From Candidatus Saccharimonadota bacterium (GTDB lineage: Archaea; Nanohalarchaeota; Nanosalinia; Nanosalinales; Nanosalinaceae): DNA of 32,000 nucleotides. Each line of letters opens with the position of its first letter. Positions within the stretch are counted from its first letter, which is position 1. Below, piece after piece: positions 25,644-32,000 of this stretch. Below the pieces are notes generated by a model. That model worked only from the letters and a program-made list of their open reading frames with translations. It was not told where the DNA came from and did no database searches. The position numbers were made by a program, and so were the translations under genes. The DNA lies in the NCBI RefSeq assembly GCF_029232205.1, contig NZ_CP107255.1, forward strand, positions 330,001-362,000. The letters are read 5' to 3'.

Positions 25644-26474
25644 TTACTCCTCCATGTAAATAGTTCTGATCGGGTAAGGAATATCGATACCTGCATCATC
25701 ATACTTGTCCTTAACAAGCTGAGTGACTTCCGAAGAGGCCTTAACCATGTTTGCCTTCGAAGGCTTGGTCCATCCACGAAGCTTCAAGTTCACTGAAGAA
25801 CCTCCAAGCTCATGAACAAGAACCTGAGGCTCTGGATCATCCTCAGTCATCTCGGCCTCCTCCAAGGTCTCCATAGCAAGATCCTTAGCCTTCTCAACAT
25901 CGTCATCGTATCCAACTCCTACAACAACCTCGAAACGTCTCTCATCATAAGCAGTGTTGTTAATCACTGTATTGCTGTAAAGCGTGGAGTTAGGAACGAT
26001 AACCTTTCTTCCATCGTACGTCTTGATCTCGCTCGCACGGATCTTGATATCTCTAACCGTACCGGCCTCGCCAGAAACCTCAATCTGGTCTCCAATCTTG
26101 AAAGGCCTGTTAATCATGATCAAAAGACCTGAAATAAAGTTCGCAATCATATCCTTCAACGCGAAGGACAGGCCTAGACCAATCAACCCTACCATAGTTC
26201 CCAGAGCTGAAAGAGGCACTCCGAAAACACCGAGTAAGGCGACTGCGGTTAGAGAGTAAATGACATAGGATGAAATTCTTTGAGAAGTCTTTGTAACATG
26301 CTTGTCGCCGTTTCGTCTTTCAATAGACTTGGCGATCAGGTAATCGGAAAGCTTATTCACTCCCCATCCAGCAAACATAACTGCAGCCGCTGCAATAACA
26401 AGTTCTGGACCAATATTTACTGAAGGCAGAGGAATACCCGACAGACTTGATGTCAAAGTTCCAATAATTGCCAT
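25644..26474 (-). CDS. Small-conductance mechanosensitive channel (MscS family)
   Basis: ALKDMIANFISGLLIMINRPFKIGDQIEVSGEAGTVRDIKIRASEIKTYDGRKVIVPNSTLYSNTVINNT. I trimmed the start to ATG 26474 (MAIIGTL...). The track's longer N-terminus (to 26579) would overlap the divergent gene and lies upstream of the TATA-like box. Confidence 0.85.
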   Translation of the reverse strand: MAIIGTLTSSLSGIPLPSVNIGPELVIAAAAVMFAGWGVNKLSDYLIAKSIERRNGDKHVTKTSQRISSYVIYSLTAVALLGVFGVPLSALGTMVGLIGLGLSFALKDMIANFISGLLIMINRPFKIGDQIEVSGEAGTVRDIKIRASEIKTYDGRKVIVPNSTLYSNTVINNTAYDERRFEVVVGVGYDDDVEKAKDLAMETLEEAEMTEDDPEPQVLVHELGGSSVNLKLRGWTKPSKANMVKASSEVTQLVKDKYDDAGIDIPYPIRTIYMEE

Positions 26475-26494
26475 GTAAGACAAATCCTCTGGAA

Positions 26495-26506
26495 TTAATA
26501 AAAATT
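26495..26506. promoter_or_regulatory. A/T box TTAATAAAAATT midway between divergent start codons (candidate bidirectional leaderless promoter)
   Basis: Its centre (about 26500) is about 26 nt from both ATG 26474 (minus strand, MscS) and GTG 26526 (plus strand, ThiF-like). Confidence 0.4.
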
Positions 26507-26525
26507 CTTTCGCAACTCTCAAACT

Positions 26526-27464
26526 GTGTACTCGCGATTTCAAGCACTGGAAAATTACGGAAAAAAGCAGAGACAGCAACTTGAGAACTCTGCAGTAGCT
26601 ATAGTAGGTCTAGGAGCAACAGGATCAGTAATAGCTGAAAACCTGGCCAGACACGGAATAAAACTAAAGATAATAGACCGAGATTATCTCGAAGAAAACG
26701 ACGTCTACTCCTCAAATATCTATACACCAGAACAATGCAAAAAATCTCTTCCAAAAGCAGAGGCCGCAAAGGATTATCTTAACCAGTTCACAGAAGTAGA
26801 GGCAAAGGTAGAAAGCCTGAAATCCGAAAATATATCAATTCTTGAAGACGCAGACATAATACTCGATGGAACCGACAACCTCGCAACAAGATTTCTGATC
26901 TCAGAATACTCCCAGAAAAAAGAAACTCCATGGATATACACTGCAGCGATAGCAGAAAAAGGATACTCAATGTTCTTCCAGGACAAATGCTTCAACTGCA
27001 TCTTCGAAAAAGTAAGCACTGGAAAACTTGAAACATGCGAAACAGCAGGAGTAATGAGAGAAATATCAGGCCAGGCCGCCTTAAAATCAAGTCTCAAAGC
27101 AGTAGAATATCTTACAGGCCAGAAAGTAGAGGAAAAACTGGATGTAGTACACAAGGAAGAATCTCTTAACGTCGAATCCTCTGGTTGTCCGGTCTGCAGA
27201 GGAGAAAAATATCCTCATCTCGAAGAGAAAACCGGTACTACTGCAGTCTGCGGAGAAAACAAGTACCAGGTAGAAATACAGATGCAGGAAGGCCTCGAAG
27301 AAAAACTCAGAGAACTTGGAAAAATCAAAGCAGACAACAAATACCTGATCAGAGCCGAAGTAAAAGGAAAAGAATTCACACTATTCAAGGATGGAAGAGT
27401 AATTCTCCGGGCCAGAGACCGAGGCCACGCAGAATCACTGGTCTCAGAAGTACTGGGAATATAA
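26526..27464 (+). CDS. ThiF/MoeB/HesA-family E1-like adenylyltransferase with a C-terminal extra domain
   Basis: YSRFQALENYG...VAIVGLGATGSVIAENLARHG (Rossmann GxGxxG), two CxxC pairs (CFNC, CPVC), and a C-terminal segment of about 90 aa ending EFTLFKDGRVILRARDRGHAESLVSEVLGI. The start is GTG; an in-frame TAA lies at 26499-26501. Confidence 0.8.
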   Translation: MYSRFQALENYGKKQRQQLENSAVAIVGLGATGSVIAENLARHGIKLKIIDRDYLEENDVYSSNIYTPEQCKKSLPKAEAAKDYLNQFTEVEAKVESLKSENISILEDADIILDGTDNLATRFLISEYSQKKETPWIYTAAIAEKGYSMFFQDKCFNCIFEKVSTGKLETCETAGVMREISGQAALKSSLKAVEYLTGQKVEEKLDVVHKEESLNVESSGCPVCRGEKYPHLEEKTGTTAVCGENKYQVEIQMQEGLEEKLRELGKIKADNKYLIRAEVKGKEFTLFKDGRVILRARDRGHAESLVSEVLGI

Positions 27465-27468
27465 AAAC
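27458..27468 (+). promoter_or_regulatory. TATA-like AATATAAAAAC, about 29 nt upstream of ATG 27492
   Basis: It overlaps the ThiF-like stop codon, and its spacing fits a leaderless transcript. Confidence 0.4.
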
Positions 27469-27491
27469 AATTCTCAAAAAACCGTTACTGT

Positions 27492-28331
27492 ATGAATAGA
27501 ACCTATGCAGAGGCCTCAATCACGTTAACACTTGGACTTCTAACAGTAATAACAGGTTACATAGCCGGTTTCTCAAGGCCCGCTGCATACTTCATGATAC
27601 TACCGATATGCGCCTCATTCGGATTCGCAGCATACATCTCCAGCGAAGGATTCAACAAGGCCTCACTAACAGCACTACCATTACTTGTTTTCGCACTACT
27701 CGGTGGCCCTACAGCAATCTACGCAGGAATCACCGCAGTAGGGGTAGTACTTACATCAGTCTTCGCAGGAGGAGAAAAATTCCGATCCTACTACGCATCC
27801 ACAAGAGTACCTCTAGCAGTCATAGGAGTAGGCCTCTCAGTAATCATAGTTTTCACTGTAATGACCAACGCAGGCCTCCAGCAAAAAGTTACTGACACAA
27901 CAGCGGATCTGGTAGGCAGCGAGGCAGAAAGAGCCCTCAACAAAAGTAATGTTGTGTCCTCGCAACGCCAGCAGTACAAAAGTCTTGTAGGTTCAACAGC
28001 AAATACAACCATTATCTACACAAAGGCCTACGTGCTCAATGATACTAGAGATGATCTCAGCGGATCAGATCTTCAGGCAGTGAACACAGCCTTCGATGAT
28101 GCAAGAGACAGGGTCTCAGAAAGAATGACAAACAGCACTGCATCAAGCGCTCAATCTTTGGATGTCTCCGAAAGAGTCTCCGATGTAGTCAAAGGAGAGC
28201 TCAAAGGAATGAGATTTCTGATCTTTATACCATTCATTCTCTCCTCTGTAATGCTTATGCAGCCAGTAATAGGCCTTTTAACAGCATTATTTGCTAAAAT
28301 TTACGCTACAGCGGAGACAAAACTGATCTAG
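27492..28331 (+). CDS. Integral membrane protein, hypothetical
   Basis: 279 aa with 4-5 N-terminal TM helices, a polar Ser/Thr/Asp-rich loop of about 110 aa, and a C-terminal TM helix. I recognise no family. Confidence 0.55.
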   Translation: MNRTYAEASITLTLGLLTVITGYIAGFSRPAAYFMILPICASFGFAAYISSEGFNKASLTALPLLVFALLGGPTAIYAGITAVGVVLTSVFAGGEKFRSYYASTRVPLAVIGVGLSVIIVFTVMTNAGLQQKVTDTTADLVGSEAERALNKSNVVSSQRQQYKSLVGSTANTTIIYTKAYVLNDTRDDLSGSDLQAVNTAFDDARDRVSERMTNSTASSAQSLDVSERVSDVVKGELKGMRFLIFIPFILSSVMLMQPVIGLLTALFAKIYATAETKLI

Positions 28332-28338
28332 CTCAGCC

Positions 28339-28346
28339 TATTAAAG
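28339..28346 (+). promoter_or_regulatory. TATA-like TATTAAAG, about 26 nt upstream of the lhr ATG
   Basis: The spacing to ATG 28368 fits a leaderless transcript. Confidence 0.4.
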
Positions 28347-28367
28347 ATTGGATCTCATGTCAGATTC

Positions 28368-31055
28368 ATGACTGAAATAAAATTCGCAGATGAAGAACAG
28401 GCCTCGGAAACCCTCCCAGAAGACTTCGAGCCCTACGTAAAGGAATGGTTCAACAACAAGTTTCCAGGCCTCTCCGCCCCACAGAAATACTCCTTCGACC
28501 TGATCAATGATCATGAAAACTCGCTTATCTGCGCACCAACAGGATCAGGAAAAACGCTTTCCGCATTTCTATCAATACTCAACGACCTTTACAGAAAAGG
28601 CGATGAAGGAGAACTAGAAGACAAAGTATACGCAATATATGTCTCCCCGCTGAAGGCCCTGAACAACGACATCCAGAGAAATCTACAGGACCCGCTGGCA
28701 GAAATCAAGGAGACAGCGGAGGAAAACGGCAGAGAAGTACCGGAAGTCAGATCAGCGGTCAGAACTGGCGATACGACAGACGCAGAAAAATCAAAGATGC
28801 TGAAAACACCGCCGCACATACTAATCACAACTCCTGAAAGCCTTGGAATTCTAATCAACTCACCAAAGTTCAAGGAACACCTCAGAGACGTTGAATACCT
28901 GATAACAGATGAGATTCACTCTCTGAGCGAAAACAAGAGAGGAGTACATCTCTCAATGTCAATGGAGCGACTGGAAGACATGGCCAACACCTCACCAACC
29001 AGAATAGGCCTCTCCGCAACACAGGCCCCAATCGACGAAATCGCAAAGTTCCTGGTAGGTTATGAGGCCAACGAAGACATAGAGATAGAAGAGACCGAAT
29101 ACGAGGATATAGAGAAGGCAGATGAGGTGCCGGATGAGGAGTTCGAATCCAGAGGGTGCACTATTGTAGATGTAGCGGCCTCAAAAGAGATAGATCTGGA
29201 AACAGTTTCTCCGGTAGAAGACCTGATTCACACACCTGCCGATGAAATACAGGAAGCACTTTACGACCAACTGCATAACCTGATCCAGGACCACGAAACC
29301 ACAATAATATTCACCAACACGCGCTCCGCCACGGAAAGAATAGTTAACGGCCTTAAAGGGAGATTCGAGGATCACTATGATGAAAATATCGGAGCACACC
29401 ACTCCTCAATGAGCCGAGAAGTAAGACTCGACGTAGAAGAAAGACTGAAGAAAGGAGAAATGAAGGTAGCAGTAACATCCACCTCTCTCGAACTCGGAGT
29501 CGACATCGGAACAGTAGACCTCGTACTACAACTAGGATCTCCGAAAGGAGTAGCAAGAGGAATCCAGAGAATAGGCCGCTCAGGCCACAAAATTGGGGAA
29601 AAGGCCAAAGGAAAAATGATTGTAACAGACAGAGACGACGCAATGGAGTGCTCAGTACTTACAAAATGCGCCAAAGAAGATGATCTCGACAAAATACAGA
29701 TACCAACGCATGCACTCGACGTACTATCACAACACATGGTGGGGATGGCCTGTAACCACCGCTGGGACATCGACCACGCATACAATGTCATAAGAAAAAG
29801 CTACTGCTACAAAGGCCTCAGCAGAGAGGACTTTGAATCAGTGATGAAGTATCTCGGCGGCGAGTTCGAGGAACTCGAGGATCAAAACGTTTACAGAAAG
29901 ATCTGGATAGACAGAGAGGAAAACAGGTTCGGCCGCTCCGGAAAAATGACGCGCGTCATCTACATGACAAACATCGGCACTATACCTGACGAAACCGGGT
30001 ACGACGTCAAGACGCGTGGAGAAGGAAAGTTTGTCGGATCGCTGGATGAAGAGTTCCTTGACCGTTTGACCAAGGGAGATATATTCACTCTTGGAGGAAA
30101 AACCTACCAGTTCAGCTACGCAAAAGGTATGAAAGTTTTCGTTGATCCAAAACCAAACCGTTCTCCTACTGTACCTTCCTGGTACTCTGAAAGGCTGCCG
30201 CTGAGTTATGATCTAGGCCTTAAAATTGGCAAGTTCCGCCAGCAAGTAGCTCAACAGCTAGAGATGGGTGCTGGAGATGACGACATCGTTGAATGGATCA
30301 TGCACAACTACTATCTAGATGAAAACACGGCCAGAGCAATCTTCGGATACATTAAAGAGCAGTACCAGTTTACAGGAGAAGTCTCCAGTCACGAAGAGAT
30401 AACTGTCGAGAAATACATCGACGACGATAACAGGCAGAACCTGATCTTCCAGACAATCTACGGCCGCAGAGCCCACGATGCAATCGCGAGAATCCTGGCC
30501 AACATGCTGCAGAAGAAGTTCGGCTCCAACATTGGCATGGTAATTGACGACAATGGATTCATACTTGTAACTCCAAGAAGACCTGTCGACCTCGACGGTC
30601 TCATGGATGATCTAGCAGCATGCAATCCTGAAGAACAGTTAAAGGAGGCCGTCAGGAAGACAGAGCTGATGAAGAGAAGATTCCGGCACGTAGCAGGAAG
30701 ATCACTTATGATTCTCAGAAACTACGCCGGCAACTCGAAGACAGTCGGACAGCAACAGATGAAAGGCCACTTCCTTCTCTCAGCGATCAGAAACGAGTAT
30801 GGTGAGGACTTCCCAATGGTGAAGGAAACCTATAGAGAGATCATGGAGGATGCTATGGATATCAAGCATGCTGAAGAAGTGATTGAAGGCCTTGGCTCCG
30901 ACGAAATAACTTATGATTTGAGGGAGGCCAGTATTCCATCTCCTTTCAGCCACAACCTGCTGCTACAGGGAAGTACTGATGTCATCAAGATGGAGGATAG
31001 AAAGGAGAGGCTTCAGCAAATGCATCAACAGGTCATGGACAGGATCGAAGACTGA
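28368..31055 (+). CDS. lhr: Lhr-like ATP-dependent DEAD/DEAH-box helicase
   Basis: Motif I is CAPTGSGKTLSAF, motif II is TDEIHSL, then SATQ and a motif VI-like GRSGH. The long C-terminal Lhr/DEAD-associated region gives a length of 895 aa. An acidic insertion (EANEDIEIEETEYEDIEKADEVPDEEFE) is present. Confidence 0.85.
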   Translation: MTEIKFADEEQASETLPEDFEPYVKEWFNNKFPGLSAPQKYSFDLINDHENSLICAPTGSGKTLSAFLSILNDLYRKGDEGELEDKVYAIYVSPLKALNNDIQRNLQDPLAEIKETAEENGREVPEVRSAVRTGDTTDAEKSKMLKTPPHILITTPESLGILINSPKFKEHLRDVEYLITDEIHSLSENKRGVHLSMSMERLEDMANTSPTRIGLSATQAPIDEIAKFLVGYEANEDIEIEETEYEDIEKADEVPDEEFESRGCTIVDVAASKEIDLETVSPVEDLIHTPADEIQEALYDQLHNLIQDHETTIIFTNTRSATERIVNGLKGRFEDHYDENIGAHHSSMSREVRLDVEERLKKGEMKVAVTSTSLELGVDIGTVDLVLQLGSPKGVARGIQRIGRSGHKIGEKAKGKMIVTDRDDAMECSVLTKCAKEDDLDKIQIPTHALDVLSQHMVGMACNHRWDIDHAYNVIRKSYCYKGLSREDFESVMKYLGGEFEELEDQNVYRKIWIDREENRFGRSGKMTRVIYMTNIGTIPDETGYDVKTRGEGKFVGSLDEEFLDRLTKGDIFTLGGKTYQFSYAKGMKVFVDPKPNRSPTVPSWYSERLPLSYDLGLKIGKFRQQVAQQLEMGAGDDDIVEWIMHNYYLDENTARAIFGYIKEQYQFTGEVSSHEEITVEKYIDDDNRQNLIFQTIYGRRAHDAIARILANMLQKKFGSNIGMVIDDNGFILVTPRRPVDLDGLMDDLAACNPEEQLKEAVRKTELMKRRFRHVAGRSLMILRNYAGNSKTVGQQQMKGHFLLSAIRNEYGEDFPMVKETYREIMEDAMDIKHAEEVIEGLGSDEITYDLREASIPSPFSHNLLLQGSTDVIKMEDRKERLQQMHQQVMDRIED

Positions 31056-31058
31056 TTG

Positions 31059-31065
31059 TTTAAAT
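31059..31065 (+). promoter_or_regulatory. TATA-like TTTAAAT, about 29 nt upstream of ATG 31091
   Basis: Spacing and composition fit. It lies just after the lhr stop. Confidence 0.35.
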
Positions 31066-31090
31066 GTTCAGATAGAACTGTTATACAGGG

Positions 31091-32000
31091 ATGCTAACCG
31101 CATTAAGCAATTCGGCGTTAAGCAATTATTTTCTTGATCCGGCCTGGGTACTGGCGCTAGCAGCCCTAATACCGCTGATCATATTCTACCTGGTAAAGCC
31201 CAAGCCTGATGAAAAGATGATGCCCTCAATCCGGTTCTTCATGAAGGACAGGAAGGAAGGCAGGATAAAACAGGCCATATCAAAAATTCTGCAAAACCTC
31301 ATGCTGATATTCCATATACTCTTTGTCATAGCAGTGGTAGCGGCAGTAGCAAATCCTTTCATCAATGGCCCTTCAACTGCGGATAGGTCCGTAGTTGTAA
31401 TTGATAACTCTGCAAGTATGGAAGGATCTCTAGAAGATGCCAAGAACTTTGCAGTAGATAGGCTTGGAGGAACAAATACTGTAATCCTAGTAAACGATGA
31501 CGTAAAGGTTATAGCCAATGAAGCAACCAGGGCCTCAGCAAGAAGAGCAATTAATAATGTAGAACTGGAGGAAACTCCTACAGATCTCGCAAGAGCCCTG
31601 CAGATATCAAGAAACTATCGGGGCCAGCTAGTTCTTGCGAGCGACACAGATCACACGGCAAGCTCTAGAGAAACAACATCTGTAATACAGAATATCAAGG
31701 CCAATAGAGAAGTATACGTAATGGATGCAAAGACATCCAACTCCTGGGGATTCGCAGACCTAAACGTCAAAGAATCGTGGGTGGAAGTCAAAAACTATGA
31801 CGACAGTCAGCAACAGGTAAACATAGAGCTTGATGGCACAGCTGAGAGCGTTACACTCCAACCTGGAGAGGCCCGAAGAGTAGACATCGATCTAGAAAAA
31901 GGAGAGAACACAGTCTCGCTGCCAGAAGATGGAATGGCTGCAGACAACACTCTCTCAGTATACAGGCCTGAACAGTCAACACTTGAAGTAGCAGTAATAG
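31091..32000 (+). CDS. BatA-N (aerotolerance-regulator N-terminal) / von Willebrand factor A domain membrane protein; partial, runs off the right edge
   Basis: My own translation reads MLTALSNSALSNYFLDPAWVLALAALIPLIIFYLVKPKPDEKMMPSIRFF...SVVVIDNSASMEGS (a vWA MIDAS-like DxSxS) and stays open to nt 32000. It is not in the ORF track because no stop lies in the window. The track's minus ORF 31186..31518 is antisense to it. Confidence 0.7.
   Translation, partial: MLTALSNSALSNYFLDPAWVLALAALIPLIIFYLVKPKPDEKMMPSIRFFMKDRKEGRIKQAISKILQNLMLIFHILFVIAVVAAVANPFINGPSTADRSVVVIDNSASMEGSLEDAKNFAVDRLGGTNTVILVNDDVKVIANEATRASARRAINNVELEETPTDLARALQISRNYRGQLVLASDTDHTASSRETTSVIQNIKANREVYVMDAKTSNSWGFADLNVKESWVEVKNYDDSQQQVNIELDGTAESVTLQPGEARRVDIDLEKGENTVSLPEDGMAADNTLSVYRPEQSTLEVAVI

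Noticed and set aside
26475-26579. The longer MscS N-terminus (MLSLLFSVIFQCLKSRVHSLRVAKEFLLIPEDLSY).
   Set aside because: It would overlap the divergent ThiF-like gene and run through the shared A/T promoter box. ATG 26474 gives a normal MscS N-terminal TM start.
27185-27895. Arg-rich ORFs 27185..27499 and 27608..27895 on the plus strand.
   Set aside because: They are out-of-frame overlaps of the ThiF-like and membrane-protein genes. Their highly basic, low-complexity translations are typical of frame-shifted acidic-protein genes.
1-32000. A search for tRNA/rRNA genes, CRISPR arrays, transposases, integrases, IS inverted repeats and toxin-antitoxin pairs.
   Set aside because: Intergenic spaces are almost all under 120 nt. 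The one long spacer (1035-1290) has no cloverleaf-like structure that I can see. I noticed no direct-repeat arrays or mobile-element signatures.

Overview
This is a densely packed archaeal chromosomal segment: about 34 genes, mostly short intergenic gaps, and many overlapping stop/start junctions. I saw no rRNA, tRNA, CRISPR array or mobile element. Archaeal hallmark genes are unambiguous: GatD/GatE, a group II chaperonin (thermosome), RFC small and large subunits, archaeal RNase J, a Fap7-like kinase and an Lhr helicase. The predicted proteins are strikingly acidic and GC looks low to mid 40s % by eye. That suggests a low-GC 'salt-in' halophile, possibly a nanohaloarchaeon-like lineage; this is inference and needs a database search. 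Left third (1-12.2 kb): photolyase-related gene (partial), small membrane proteins, a Tat-type lipoprotein, endonuclease III-like, nitroreductase, DUF192, RNase J, gatD-orf83-kinase-gatE, thermosome. Middle (12.3-22.5 kb): the accessory-looking part, a self-contained type IV pilus-like operon. It encodes seven proteins with class III (prepilin-type) signal peptides, a FlaI/PilB-type ATPase, and a platform protein split into two genes. One of the seven is an 845-aa prepilin-like protein with glycine-run, beta-solenoid-like repeats, a candidate tip adhesin. Right third: rfcL, rfcS, Fap7-like kinase, thioredoxin, MscS channel, ThiF/E1-like enzyme, a membrane protein, Lhr helicase, and a partial BatA-N/vWA protein. 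The most unusual sequence-level signal is window-wide. The palindrome AGGCCT occurs about 80 times by hand count, against roughly 5-6 expected from base composition. It appears in all reading frames, on both strands and in intergenic DNA, which resembles a 'highly iterated palindrome'. Other observations: TATA-like boxes about 26-30 nt upstream of many start codons (leaderless mRNAs), non-ATG starts forced by in-frame stops in four housekeeping genes, and an endonuclease III homologue lacking one of the four Fe-S cysteines. All family calls rest on motif recognition by eye; no searches were run.
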